Source: Deltaproteobacteria bacterium
GTDB lineage: Bacteria; Myxococcota; Myxococcia; Myxococcales; 40CM-4-68-19
NCBI GenBank assembly: GCA_005888115.1
Contig: VBKO01000045.1
Span: 1 to 50,798 of the forward strand
DNA length: 50,798 bases
Direction of reading: 5' to 3'
Part shown: in pieces, positions 40,107 through 50,798 of the stretch
How positions within the stretch are numbered: the stretch's first letter is position 1
How the letters are laid out: each line of letters starts with the position of its first letter
The notes under the pieces: generated by a model
What the model was told of the DNA's origin: nothing
Database searches by the model: none
The model's input: the letters and a program-made list of their open reading frames with translations, nothing else
Translations under genes and position numbers: made by a program

Positions 40107-41416
40107 GCCTTGAGCGCCCGCGCGGCGGCCCGGCCGGAGAGGATCGCGTCCTCCATCGAGCTGTATTCCCAGTTCCCGTACCGGCCGGCGACGTGCACGC
40201 CGTGCCGGCGCAGGTGCTCGACCACGTACGCCCGGGCGGCGGCGTGATCGTGGTCGAACAGGACGTACGCGACGGGAATGGTGCGGGTGCGCAAGAGCCG
40301 CACGCGCGCGCGGTCGAGGAGCCCCAGGCCGTGCAGCGATTCGACCGCATGCGCGGCGAGCGGCTCCGTCTCGATCGCTCCCTGATGCGAGAATTCGACC
40401 GCGAAGCTGCGCATTCCGTCGGGCGCGAGGCGCGGATTCACCTCCGACGGCGAGCCCACGCGGTAGAAACGGAAGCGCTCCTCGGGGAAGTAGGCCCAAT
40501 GGAAGCGCTTCCCGAAGACGTCGTCGGCGCCGATCTCGACCACCGTGACGCTCACCGCGCGGAGCTTGCGTGCGGCCTCCAGCACGTCGGCGGGGCCGTC
40601 GAGCAGCCGCGCCACGGCCGAGAGCGGCAGGGTGAAAACGAGCTCGCCGTACGCAATCTCCTCGCCGGACGCGAGCCGCACCCGCCGTCCCGCGAGGTCG
40701 AGCGACGCGATGCGCGCGCGCAGACGCACCTCCCCGCCCTTCAGATCGGCGGCGATGCCGCGCGCCAACGCCTCGATGCCGCCTTCCCGCGGATACCAGA
40801 AGGTCGCGTTGTAGCCGGCGCCGCCCGGCGGGATCCCCAGCGCCCCGCGTACCACCTCCTCGAGCGTCGGCCGCGGGATGAAGCGGCCGCCCCACTCGGG
40901 CGACAGCTCCTCGCAAGGCACGGTGAACAGCTTGCGGTTGTAGGGGAACATGAAATGGCGGGCGAACCCGTCCCCCAGGTGCCGCTGGATGAACTCGGCC
41001 GCGTTGCGCAGCGGCCGGTCTCGGAGCGCGCGCCCCGTCTCGCCCGCGGTCGCCTGCACGAATCCGATCAGGCAGTCGGCGACCGTCCGCGCCGGGAGCC
41101 CGTGCAGGTTGTGCTGGTAGGGAAATTCCGTCCAAACGCCCTCACTGTGGACGAGCGCGCGCCGCTCGACTTCGAGGAGGTTGCCGCGCAGCCACCGCTC
41201 CTCGACCAGCGCGCGCACCTCGGCGTCGCGCGCGTGGAACCAGTGGCCGGTGAAGTCGAAGGAGAAACCCTGCACCACCTCGGTTCGCACGAGGCCGCCC
41301 ACGCGATCCTCCGCCTCGAGCAGCGTGAAGCCCGAGCCGAGCTCGCGCGCACACGACAGGCCCGCGAGCCCGCCGCCGGCGATCACGGTGTGGGAGAGCG
41401 GCACAGGGGGACGCAT
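40103..41416 (-). CDS. FAD-dependent oxidoreductase (HemY/UDP-galactopyranose mutase-like)
   Basis: IAGGGLAGL, LEAEDRVGG, FDFTGHWFH, PYNRK, FWYP, GRYGNWEYSSMEDA. Confidence 0.82.
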   Translation of the reverse strand: MRPPVPLSHTVIAGGGLAGLSCARELGSGFTLLEAEDRVGGLVRTEVVQGFSFDFTGHWFHARDAEVRALVEERWLRGNLLEVERRALVHSEGVWTEFPYQHNLHGLPARTVADCLIGFVQATAGETGRALRDRPLRNAAEFIQRHLGDGFARHFMFPYNRKLFTVPCEELSPEWGGRFIPRPTLEEVVRGALGIPPGGAGYNATFWYPREGGIEALARGIAADLKGGEVRLRARIASLDLAGRRVRLASGEEIAYGELVFTLPLSAVARLLDGPADVLEAARKLRAVSVTVVEIGADDVFGKRFHWAYFPEERFRFYRVGSPSEVNPRLAPDGMRSFAVEFSHQGAIETEPLAAHAVESLHGLGLLDRARVRLLRTRTIPVAYVLFDHDHAAARAYVVEHLRRHGVHVAGRYGNWEYSSMEDAILSGRAAARALKA

Positions 41417-41532
41417 CTTCCCCGCCATTCCCGTGGGCTGTCCAATCGAAAATGTCCCGAATTTCCGCAGATCGACGTCCGGCCGTTTCGTTGCTGCGCG
41501 CTGCGGCCGTCTGTTACCGTCGACTCTCTCCG

Positions 41533-42339
41533 ATGAGCGAGCCGCTGCACGGTCTTTTGCATCTCGTGCGCCGCCACCCGGCGGGGACCGTTCTCTTTCG
41601 CGAAGGCGATCCGGGCGAGAAGATGTTCCTCATCCGCGCCGGCAAGGTGAACATCGTGAAGCGGATCTCCGACAGCGAGATCACGCTGGCGGTGCTCGGG
41701 CCCGGGGAGTTCTTCGGGGAGATGGCGCTGCTGGAGAAGCTGCCGCGCAGCGCCAGCGCGACGGTCGCGGAAGACGCCCAGCTGATCGAGATCGAGCAGG
41801 AGCACTTCGACACCCTGGTGCGCAAGAGCGGAGAGATCGCCATGCGGATGCTGCGCCGGCTCTCCGGACGGCTGCGCGAGGCCGGGCGGCAGATCCAGTC
41901 GCTGATGAGCCGCTCCGGCGCGGCGCGCGCGCTCACCCTGCTGCGCACGCTGGCGGAGCCGCCCGATGCGGAGGGAGCGCGCTGGCTGCCCGTCGGGACC
42001 ACGGTGGCACAGCTCACCGCGCGCGCCGGGCTCAAGGTGGACGAGGCGGACCGGGTGGCGCGGACGTTCCAGCGCGCCGGGCTTCTGGTGCTCCGGGGCG
42101 ACCGTCTGGCGCTCGGGCCGGACAAGCTGCTGAACGAGTTCCTCCTCTACGTCGATCTTCAGGAGAGGTACGATCCGCTCGACGTGAGCGAGCTGGCCGA
42201 GCTGACCGGGCTCGCCGAGCAGGAGGCCCACGCGATCGTCAAGCGCGTCCTGGCGGCGCGGCTTCTGGAAGCGCGCGGCCGCGACCCGGACACCTACACG
42301 ACCTATCTCTCGCTCAAGCAGCGCTTCGAGTACGCCTGA
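41533..42339 (+). CDS. Crp/Fnr family cNMP-binding regulator
   Basis: LFREGDPG, GEFFGEMALL..PRSASA, HTH-like C-terminal regions. Confidence 0.85.
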   Translation: MSEPLHGLLHLVRRHPAGTVLFREGDPGEKMFLIRAGKVNIVKRISDSEITLAVLGPGEFFGEMALLEKLPRSASATVAEDAQLIEIEQEHFDTLVRKSGEIAMRMLRRLSGRLREAGRQIQSLMSRSGAARALTLLRTLAEPPDAEGARWLPVGTTVAQLTARAGLKVDEADRVARTFQRAGLLVLRGDRLALGPDKLLNEFLLYVDLQERYDPLDVSELAELTGLAEQEAHAIVKRVLAARLLEARGRDPDTYTTYLSLKQRFEYA

Positions 42340-42355
42340 GGAGCGACGGACGGCG

Positions 42356-45300
42356 ATGCGGATCCAGTGCCCCAACTGCCCCGCGGCATATGAGCTGGAC
42401 GACGGCCGGGTTCCTCCGGCGGGCCTGTCCATCAAGTGCCCGAAGTGCAAGACGCCGTTCACCGTGCATCGCCCGAAGCCGGGCGAGGGCAAGGCGGCGG
42501 GACAGAAGGTGCCGCTGCACGGGACGGGAGCGCCGCCCGCTCGGCCGGCCGGGGCGAAGCCCCCGGCAAAGGGCGTGGTGCCGTTGCCGGGGACGCAGGC
42601 ATCCGCCGCGGCGCCGAAGAAGCCGGCCGGCGCCGTTCCGCTGCCGGGACTCGATGACGAGATGCCCGCGCCCCCGCCGGGCGGCGCGATGGATTTCCCG
42701 CCGCCCCCGCAGCAACCCGACCTCGATGCGGCGTTCGCGTCCCCTCCCGGGAGCGGACAGGGCTCGCTCGACGACGCGTTCCCGGTCCCGGACGAGACGG
42801 CGCTGACGCCGAAGAGAGAGCTGGGGGAGACCGACCTGGCTCCGAAGCAGTTCGCCGGGCAGGGCGATACGCACCTTTCCGCTCCGCCGGCTGACGACGG
42901 CGCCCCGAGCTTCGACTTCGTCGATCCCGGTCCGGCGCGGCAGCCGGCTCCCCCCGCCCCGCCGGATCCACCCGAGGTGCTCGACTTCGGCGGCGAGCAG
43001 CCCCGGCCATCGCCTTCCACGGGCCGCGCTCCGCCGCCCATGATCGCGCCTGCCTCGGCGAAGGCAGACAAGAAGCGCCCCGCCTTCCGGGGAAAACCAT
43101 CGCTCCTGCGGCCGCGCAACGTGGTCGTGTTCCTGCTGCTCGGAGGCGTAGGCGCCGCGGCGGCGCTGGGCGTGCGCGCGCGAGGCACTCCGGCGGGCCT
43201 GTTCTGGCGCAACAACCTGCTGGCGGTCTCGCGCGCCAGGCCGAGCACCGCGACACTGGCGGTGGTCGCTGCCGGGCAGGCGAAGCTTGCGCAGGGAACA
43301 TTCTCCTCCGCGCGGGAGGCGCTCGGCGCGGCCGCACAGCTCCTCGGCTCTGCGCCGGACGACGACGACGCAAAGGCCTTCTTCGTGCTCTGCGCGGCCG
43401 AGCTGAAGGTCTGGTACGGGCAGGGCGGCGGCGACTGGGACCAGGCGAAGCGCGTGGTGGAGAGGATCAGGGGCAACGCCGCGCCGCAGAACCGGGCGCG
43501 CGGCGCGTTCGCCCTGGCGGTCGGCGACACGGGCAAGGCCCGCCAGCTCCTCTCCACGCTCTCGGAGTCCGACCTCGAATCGGCCTGGCTCTTCTCCCAG
43601 GCGCTGACTCGCACAGGCGACGTGCAGCGCGCCGCGCAGGTGCTGGATCGCGGTCTCAAGGGGGAGAACGCTGGTTCCCCCAAGCTGCTCATCGCCCGCG
43701 GCATGGCGGCGAAGGCGCTCGGGGCGCTGCCGGAGGCGACCGCGTTCTTCGAGAAGGCGCTCGTGGCGCAGCCGGATCACGGGCGCGCGCTGGTCGAGCT
43801 GGCGGACGTGAAGCTCCTGCAGAAGGACACCGAGAAGGCTGCGCAGCTGCTCGACAAGGCGCTGGGTCAGGACGCGCGCAAGACGCTGGACGCCTCGGAG
43901 GAGGCGCGCGGCGCCATCTTGCGGGGCAAGCTGCTCGTCGCGCAGCACCATGGCAAGGAAGCGGAAGCGGCGTTCGAGCGCGCCGTGCAGCTCGACCCCA
44001 ATTCGGGCGACGCGCACGCCGCCTATGGGGCCTTCCGCCTGTACCGGCGCGAGTCCGAGAAAGCGCAGAAGCAGCTCGAGGCGGCGCTCGTGCTGGACCC
44101 GGGGAACGCGCGCGCGTTCGCCGACCTGGCGCGCGCGTACCTGGGCACCAACCGGCTGCTGGAAGCCGACAAGCGGATCCAGGAAGCGGTGGCCCGGGAC
44201 GCGAACGATCCCCAGGTCCTCTTCGTGCAGGGGCGGGTAGCGGAGGCGATCGGAAAGCAGGAGGACGCCTACAAGGCCTACGAGAAGGCGCTGCAGAAGA
44301 AGCCCGACCTGGCCGAGGCGCTCATCGCCCAGGGGTCGATCTGGTTCTCGCGCGGCGACAAGCAGAAGGCGCGCGAGAGGCTCGAAGCGGTGCTCAAGAC
44401 GCCGTCGCGCACGGCCCGCGAAGAGGAGGCCGCCGGGGATCTGGCGCTCGACCTCGGGGACGGCAAGACCGGGAAGGAATGCTACCAGCGCGCGCTGCAC
44501 CTCGATCCGGAGGACGCGCAGGCGCACTCGGGCCTGGGCCGCGCGCTCGCCGCGCTGGGCGACCTGCCCGGCGCGCGTGCCGAGCTGGAGTCCGCGCTGC
44601 GGCAGGTGGATACGGACGCGGTGCTGCACTACGAGTACGGATCGCTCCTGCGCCGCATCGGCGACGGGCAAGGCGCGCTCTCGGCGCTGCAGCGCGCGGT
44701 GCAGCTCGATTCGAAGGACCACCGCTTCCGCGCGCGCCTGGGGACGCTCCTGGTCGAGCGCAAGGAGTACGAGAAGGCGGAGGTGGAGCTTCGCGGGGCT
44801 CGCCTCGGCAACGACCGCTATGGCGAGACCTGGTTCAACCTCGCCCGCGCGCTCGCCGGGCAGGGCAAGCTCGGGGAGGCGATCGACACCATGCGCCGCG
44901 CGGTGGAGATCGAGCCGGACAACGCCGAGTACCTCTACTGGCAGGGGCTGATCTACGAGCAGGGACAACAGATTCAGGACGCCGTGGAGAGCTTCGAGAA
45001 GTCGATCGCGAGGAACCCGAAGAACGCCGACGCGTACGAGCACCTCGGCCAGAACCTGAACGTGCAGAACCGCTTCCTCGAGGCGGTGACCGCGTTCAAG
45101 AAGGCCACCGGGCTGGATCCGTCGCGCGCGCGCTTGTGGGCGCAGATCGCCGACTCGCAGCAGCAGGCCGGCGATCTCGACGGCGCCATCGCCAGCTACC
45201 AGAAGTCGCTCGCGCAAGACTCCAACCAGCCCGGGGTCTGGAGCCGGCTCGGGATCGCGTACAAGGACCGCGGTTGCACCGGGTGCAAGAACCGCGCGAT

Positions 45301-45508
45301 CGAGGCGTTGAAGCGCGCGGAGGTGGTCGATCCCAAGGACTGGGTGGCCCACCACGAGCTCGGCTACCTGTACAAGGACGACGGGCGGAGAGCGGAAGCG
45401 ATCGCGCAGTTCCGCAAATACCTCAACCTGCGTCCGGACGCGGGCGACGTCGAGACCGTCAAGGACGACATCTACTTCTTGCAGGAAGAGAGCCGGCGCA
45501 CCCCTTGA
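42356..45508 (+). CDS. Zinc-ribbon (MJ0042-type) / Pro-rich linker / TM / TPR-repeat protein
   Basis: CPNC...CPKC, Pro-rich linker, TM VVVFLLLGGV, numerous TPRs. Confidence 0.85.
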   Translation: MRIQCPNCPAAYELDDGRVPPAGLSIKCPKCKTPFTVHRPKPGEGKAAGQKVPLHGTGAPPARPAGAKPPAKGVVPLPGTQASAAAPKKPAGAVPLPGLDDEMPAPPPGGAMDFPPPPQQPDLDAAFASPPGSGQGSLDDAFPVPDETALTPKRELGETDLAPKQFAGQGDTHLSAPPADDGAPSFDFVDPGPARQPAPPAPPDPPEVLDFGGEQPRPSPSTGRAPPPMIAPASAKADKKRPAFRGKPSLLRPRNVVVFLLLGGVGAAAALGVRARGTPAGLFWRNNLLAVSRARPSTATLAVVAAGQAKLAQGTFSSAREALGAAAQLLGSAPDDDDAKAFFVLCAAELKVWYGQGGGDWDQAKRVVERIRGNAAPQNRARGAFALAVGDTGKARQLLSTLSESDLESAWLFSQALTRTGDVQRAAQVLDRGLKGENAGSPKLLIARGMAAKALGALPEATAFFEKALVAQPDHGRALVELADVKLLQKDTEKAAQLLDKALGQDARKTLDASEEARGAILRGKLLVAQHHGKEAEAAFERAVQLDPNSGDAHAAYGAFRLYRRESEKAQKQLEAALVLDPGNARAFADLARAYLGTNRLLEADKRIQEAVARDANDPQVLFVQGRVAEAIGKQEDAYKAYEKALQKKPDLAEALIAQGSIWFSRGDKQKARERLEAVLKTPSRTAREEEAAGDLALDLGDGKTGKECYQRALHLDPEDAQAHSGLGRALAALGDLPGARAELESALRQVDTDAVLHYEYGSLLRRIGDGQGALSALQRAVQLDSKDHRFRARLGTLLVERKEYEKAEVELRGARLGNDRYGETWFNLARALAGQGKLGEAIDTMRRAVEIEPDNAEYLYWQGLIYEQGQQIQDAVESFEKSIARNPKNADAYEHLGQNLNVQNRFLEAVTAFKKATGLDPSRARLWAQIADSQQQAGDLDGAIASYQKSLAQDSNQPGVWSRLGIAYKDRGCTGCKNRAIEALKRAEVVDPKDWVAHHELGYLYKDDGRRAEAIAQFRKYLNLRPDAGDVETVKDDIYFLQEESRRTP

Positions 45509-46413
45509 TCTTCAGCGTCTCGGTCGACCTCGATGGACTCGGCTGCTACGCAGCCATCCACGGGCTCGATGCCGCGTCGCTGCCCGAGCAGGCGCTGCAG
45601 GCGGTGCCCGTCGTGGCGGTCTCCCGGCTGTGCGATCTGTTCTCGACGCTGCGGCTCCGCGCCACCTTCTTTGCCATCGGCGGCGAGCTGGGCATTGCCG
45701 GCAGCGCGCGCGCGTTGCGCGCGGCGGCGGCCTCCGGGCACGAGGTCGCCTCGCACTCCCACGGTCACGACTATGCGCTCTCCCGGCGGACGGCGGACGA
45801 GATCGACGGGGACCTCGCGAGGGCCGAGCGCGCCATTGCCGAGGCGGTGGGAAAGGCGCCGCGCGGGTTCCGTGCGCCGGGATATACCTTGTCTCCCGCG
45901 CTGCTCGAGGTGGTGCGGACGCGCCGCTATCTCTACGACAGCTCGCTGTTGCCCTCGCCGCCCTACTACGCGGCGAAAGCGGCGGCCATCGCGCTGCACG
46001 CGCTCCGCGGGCGGCGCAGCCGCAGCATTTTGGGCGGAGCCGGACAGCTGTTCTCGCGGCGCGCTCCACACTGGCGGGGCGGGGTACGCGAGCTTCCCGT
46101 CGCCACGCTCCCGGTGCTCCGCGCGCCAGTGATCGGGACGGTCGTGCTCGCCGCGCGCGAGCGCCTCGCGGCGGGGCTCGCGCGCGCGGCCGCGGCTGGA
46201 GGTCACTTCAACCTGGAGCTGCACGGGATCGACGTGCTCGATGCGTCCGACGCGACTCCGGAGCTCGCCGCCCTGCAGCCGGGCCTGCGCCTCGCAGCAG
46301 CGGAGAAGCTCCGGCGCCTCCGCGCGCTCCTCGAGTCACTCCGCGCGACGGCCGAGCCTCTCACTCTCGAGCAGGCTGCGCTGCGGCTGCTGCCGCAAGG
46401 CGTGAGCCACTAG
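45505..46413 (+). CDS. Polysaccharide deacetylase family protein
   Basis: SVDLD, ATFFAIG, HEVASHSHGH, GFRAPGY, YDSS; TTG start overlaps the upstream TGA. Confidence 0.85.
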   Translation: MIFSVSVDLDGLGCYAAIHGLDAASLPEQALQAVPVVAVSRLCDLFSTLRLRATFFAIGGELGIAGSARALRAAAASGHEVASHSHGHDYALSRRTADEIDGDLARAERAIAEAVGKAPRGFRAPGYTLSPALLEVVRTRRYLYDSSLLPSPPYYAAKAAAIALHALRGRRSRSILGGAGQLFSRRAPHWRGGVRELPVATLPVLRAPVIGTVVLAARERLAAGLARAAAAGGHFNLELHGIDVLDASDATPELAALQPGLRLAAAEKLRRLRALLESLRATAEPLTLEQAALRLLPQGVSH

Positions 46414-46435
46414 CCGCAAGCCGCGGATCGGTGGG

Positions 46436-46464
46436 TTGACCCGGTCCGCCGCGGGGACTACACC
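46436..46464 (+). promoter_or_regulatory. Sigma-70-like promoter TTGACC-N17-TACACC
   Basis: Correct spacing; -10 element ends 9 nt before ATG 46474. Confidence 0.5.
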
Positions 46465-46473
46465 CCACGGACC

Positions 46474-47298
46474 ATGGCCTTGCGCGCTCCGGTCGAGAGC
46501 CAGTCCACCGCGATGGTGCGGTTCGATCCCGAGCGGCCGAAGGGGCTCCTGGGCCGCCTGCGCGGCGCGATGGAGAAGTGGACCCTGCAGCAGGGCGGCA
46601 AAGACCTCGAGGCCCGCCTCGCGCGCCTGGTCGCGCCGCAGAACGAGTACGGCGTGGACCCCTTCGGCCTGGACCTCGAATTCACCAAGGCCGCCCTGGC
46701 GCCGGCGCTCTGGCTGTACAAGAACTGGTTCCGGGTCGAGACGCGCGGCATCGAGCACATTCCCGCCGGACGAGCGCTGCTCATCGCCAACCACTCGGGG
46801 CAGCTCCCGTTCGACGCGCTGATGATCGGCATCTCCATGCTGGTCGAGGCCGAGCCGCCGCGCATCTGCCGCGCCATGGTCGAGAGGTGGGCGCCCACCC
46901 TGCCGTTCGTGGCGCCCTTCTTCGCCCGCATCGGGCAGGTGGTGGGGACGCCCGAGAACGCACGCCGGCTGCTGGCGGCCGGCGAGACGCTGATGGTGTT
47001 CCCCGAGGGCACGCGCGGGCTCAACAAGACGTTCGAGAAGAAGTACCAGCTGCAGGATTTCGGGCTCGGCTTCATGCGGCTCGCGCTCGAGATGCAGGCG
47101 CCGATCGTGCCCGTCGCCGTCGTCGGCGCGGAGGAGCAGGCGCCCGCGCTGTGGGACTTCAAGGCCGCCGCGAAGATCCTCGGTTTTCCCTCCCTGCCCG
47201 TCACGCCGACGGTGCTGCCCGTTCCGCTGCCGGTGAAATACCGGCTCCACTTCGGCGCGCCGATGAAGTTCGAGGAGCGGAAAGCGATCTTCTTCTAG
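46474..47298 (+). CDS. Lysophospholipid acyltransferase (PlsC-like)
   Basis: NHSGQLPFD, FPEGTRG, PIVPVAVVG; the C-terminal helix looks shortened. Confidence 0.88.
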   Translation: MALRAPVESQSTAMVRFDPERPKGLLGRLRGAMEKWTLQQGGKDLEARLARLVAPQNEYGVDPFGLDLEFTKAALAPALWLYKNWFRVETRGIEHIPAGRALLIANHSGQLPFDALMIGISMLVEAEPPRICRAMVERWAPTLPFVAPFFARIGQVVGTPENARRLLAAGETLMVFPEGTRGLNKTFEKKYQLQDFGLGFMRLALEMQAPIVPVAVVGAEEQAPALWDFKAAAKILGFPSLPVTPTVLPVPLPVKYRLHFGAPMKFEERKAIFF

Positions 47299-47347
47299 CC
47301 GCCGCCAGTCGCCCCACAGGGCGGCGCTGCGCTTTTTCGAGGCCTGG

Positions 47348-48304
47348 ATGCGCGACACCGTCCTCATCACCGGCATCAGCGGCAACCTGGGGCGGACGCT
47401 TGCGCGCAGCCTGCACCGGACGGAGAAGGTCGCGGGACTCGACCGGCGCCCGTTCGCCGGGAAGCCCAAGGACCTCGAGCTGCACCAGCTCGACATCCGC
47501 AAGAAGAAGGTCGAGGACGTTTTCCGCAGGGGCGAGATCAAGGCGCTCCTGCACATGGCGATCATGCACGACCCACGCCTCTCGCAGAGCGAGCACCACA
47601 GCTTCAACGTGCTGGGCACCAAGGCGGTCCTGGAGTACGCCGCCAAGTACGGCGTGGAGAAGGTGGTGGTGCTCAGCTCGACGAACGTCTACGGCCCGCG
47701 CCCCGACAACGACAACTTCCTCACCGAGGACGCGCCCCTGCTCGGCTCGCAGAACTTTCCCGACATCCGCGACCTGATCGAAGTCGACATGTACGCGCAG
47801 CAGTACATTTGGAAGCACCCCGAGGTGGAGACGGTGATCCTCCGGCCGGTGCACATCGTCGGGCCCCACGTGCGCAACGCGCCTTCCAACTATCTGCGGC
47901 TCAAGCGGCCCTGGGTGCTGGCGGGTTTCGACCCGATGGTGCAGCTCATCCACGAGGAGGACGTCGCGCGCGCGATGCAGCTGTCGCTCAGGCCCGGAGC
48001 GCGCGGCGTCTACAACGTCGTCGGCCCGGGCGAGGTCCCGCTCTCCACCATCCTGCGCGAGCTGGGGCGTCAGCCCATCCCGGTGCCGCACCTCCTGGCG
48101 CGGCCGCTGCTCGACCGGCTCTGGACGTATCGCATCACTGGCTTTCCCCCGCCCGAGCTCGATCACCTCCAGTTCCTCTGCACGGTGGACGGTTCCAAGG
48201 CCGAGAAGGACCTCGGCTATCGGCCTTCGTCCACCCTGCGTGAGACGATCCGCAGCGTGCTCGGCGAGACTCCGGCTCGCGCGAATCTGTCGGTGGTGAC
48301 CTGA
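47348..48304 (+). CDS. NAD-dependent epimerase/dehydratase family protein
   Basis: ITGISGNLG, NVLGT, SSTNVYG, ILRP, IHEEDVARA. Confidence 0.88.
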   Translation: MRDTVLITGISGNLGRTLARSLHRTEKVAGLDRRPFAGKPKDLELHQLDIRKKKVEDVFRRGEIKALLHMAIMHDPRLSQSEHHSFNVLGTKAVLEYAAKYGVEKVVVLSSTNVYGPRPDNDNFLTEDAPLLGSQNFPDIRDLIEVDMYAQQYIWKHPEVETVILRPVHIVGPHVRNAPSNYLRLKRPWVLAGFDPMVQLIHEEDVARAMQLSLRPGARGVYNVVGPGEVPLSTILRELGRQPIPVPHLLARPLLDRLWTYRITGFPPPELDHLQFLCTVDGSKAEKDLGYRPSSTLRETIRSVLGETPARANLSVVT

Positions 48305-48344
48305 TTCCCCGGCCGGGCGGCTGGCGCGGGGTTATCTTCCTCGC

Positions 48345-49316
48345 ATGCGCGATCAGCTGCTCGTCTTTGCAGCCGCCGGCGCTGGAGCCCGCCTCGCCGT
48401 CTGCGTCGCGCCGAAGCTTTCGCGCGAGGCCGCTGGCCGCCATGCGCTCGCCCCGGGTAGCGCCTCCGCGCTGGCGCAGGCGCTCGCCGGGACGCTGCTG
48501 CTCGCAGCCTCGGAGCGCAGGCCGCCGCAGGCGCGCGTGGACGTGCAGCTCGAGTGCGGTGGGCCGCTCAAGGGGCTGCTGACCGACGCGGACGCATCCG
48601 GCGCCGTCCGGGGCCTGGTCCGGGTGAACGGCCTGCATCGCGACGGCTCGCGTGCGGCATCAGCCGGCGGGCCCGCCTCGGGGGAGCCGCTGCAACGGTT
48701 CGATCCACGGCCGCTGCTGGCCAGCGGGCACGACGAGCGCGCCGGCATGCTGTCCATCGTGCGCGCCACGCCCGGCTCGGACGAGCTGCATCGGGCCGCC
48801 TTTCCCTTCGCCGGCGCGGATCTGGCAGCGGCTCTCACGCTCTTCCTGCGGAACGATCGCGCCCGCGGAGGCGAGATGGCGCTGGAGGTGCTCTTCCGGC
48901 CCGGGGAGCCCCTCGCCGCGGTGGCGGGGGCGCTGCTCTGGGCGGAGCGAGAGGACGACGCGGACGACCTGCGGGCGCTGGGCAAGCCGCTGCGCCAGCG
49001 CGTCCTGCACGAGTCGCTGCTTAGAGTCGAATTGGCGGGAGCGAGCGGGGACGCACGCGCGCTCGCCGAGGACCTCGCGCGCGCGCTGGAGCTGGGTTCG
49101 CTCGAGCTGCAAGGAGAAGTCAAGCCGCGGTTCGCCTGCCGCTGCTCGCGCGACCGGGTAGTGCGCGCGCTCGCCACCCTGGCTCGGGACGAGCTGCGCG
49201 ACATGGCCGCGCGCGACAATGGCGCGGAGGCGAGCTGCGATTTCTGCGGCGCGCGCTACGGCATCTCCGCCGCCGAGCTGCTGCAGCTCGCCGGCGACGG
49301 CCCTTTGCCGGCCTGA
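48345..49316 (+). CDS. hslO: Hsp33 redox-regulated chaperone
   Basis: GGPLKGL..DA..VRG, C-terminal CRCS and CDFC zinc motifs. Confidence 0.85.
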   Translation: MRDQLLVFAAAGAGARLAVCVAPKLSREAAGRHALAPGSASALAQALAGTLLLAASERRPPQARVDVQLECGGPLKGLLTDADASGAVRGLVRVNGLHRDGSRAASAGGPASGEPLQRFDPRPLLASGHDERAGMLSIVRATPGSDELHRAAFPFAGADLAAALTLFLRNDRARGGEMALEVLFRPGEPLAAVAGALLWAEREDDADDLRALGKPLRQRVLHESLLRVELAGASGDARALAEDLARALELGSLELQGEVKPRFACRCSRDRVVRALATLARDELRDMAARDNGAEASCDFCGARYGISAAELLQLAGDGPLPA

Positions 49317-49318
49317 CG

Positions 49319-49870
49319 TTAGTCCGCGCCGCCGAGCCAGGTCTTCAGCCTCTGCACGGCGTGATGGAAGTCCACCTTCGCGTTCACTTCGGTGATTCCC
49401 AGCGCCCCCGCAATCTCGGCGAATGGCAGATCGCCGTCGATGCGAAGCAGGAGGACCTCGCGTTGCCGCCGCGGGAGGCGCGCGATCGCCGCGCGGAGCG
49501 CGCGCTGCCGCTCTGCCCGCTCGAGCAGGTCGTGCGCCTCGGCCGGTGCCGGCGGCGCCTCACGCTCGTGGGCCTCCTCGCTGCGGTCGAACCGCGCCAC
49601 GTCGCGCAGGTGGTTCTTCGCCAGGTTCACCACGATGCGAAACAGCCACGACTTGAACGAGCCTCCCCGCCAGCCGGCCGCGCGGCCCGCCGCGTTGATG
49701 AAGGCGCGTTGCGCCAGGTCCTCGGCATCGTCCTGATCGCGGGCGAAGCGGCGCGCGATCGCCAGCACCGGCGCCTGGTAGCGGCGGACGAGGGTCTCGA
49801 ACGCGCGCGAGCTCCCCGCGCGGAACGCGGTCAGGAGCTCGGCGTCCGAAGGGGATCGCTCGTCCGGCAT
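49319..49870 (-). CDS. ECF RNA polymerase sigma factor
   Basis: AFETLVRRY, DAEDLAQ, FKSWLFRI..N, LPRRQREV, EIAGALG. Confidence 0.9.
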   Translation of the reverse strand: MPDERSPSDAELLTAFRAGSSRAFETLVRRYQAPVLAIARRFARDQDDAEDLAQRAFINAAGRAAGWRGGSFKSWLFRIVVNLAKNHLRDVARFDRSEEAHEREAPPAPAEAHDLLERAERQRALRAAIARLPRRQREVLLLRIDGDLPFAEIAGALGITEVNAKVDFHHAVQRLKTWLGGAD

Positions 49871-49897
49871 CGGAAGGGGAACACCTGTAGCAATTGA

Positions 49898-50798
<901 letters not shown>

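Overview
High-GC, gene-dense chromosomal window, most likely from a myxobacterium (Myxococcota, Anaeromyxobacter-like). This is inferred from the FHA-domain sigma-54 activator, the zinc-ribbon/TPR protein and the S/T-repeat linkers. Most of it is housekeeping and envelope genes: ldcA-like, mpl, suhB, pal, yggX, speA, msrPQ, AsmA, tamAB, RqcH-like, Hsp33, an ECF sigma factor and serS. No CRISPR array, rRNA, tRNA or mobile element was seen. Main finding (20289-26385): a candidate radical-SAM RiPP quorum-sensing circuit. A sigma-54 promoter drives an rSAM/SPASM maturase, an unannotated 26-aa precursor (MKIKRSARKSTRKAAPCIMILVPNIS), an orphan peptide-binding lipoprotein and a membrane sensor kinase. 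This operon converges on a sigma-54 response regulator, and a tandem-repeat candidate enhancer lies between the operon promoter and a divergent sigma-54 promoter. Second finding: a hidden selenoprotein, a radical SAM enzyme whose UGA reads through as C-U-TEP with an fdhF-like SECIS, located next to an ATP-grasp ligase. Also found: an unannotated 27-aa Lys/Arg-rich gene with its own consensus promoter, a recurring leaderless-type TANNNT start architecture, and several frameshift or deletion junctions that may be assembly artefacts. Family assignments come from motif recognition only; no database searches were run.
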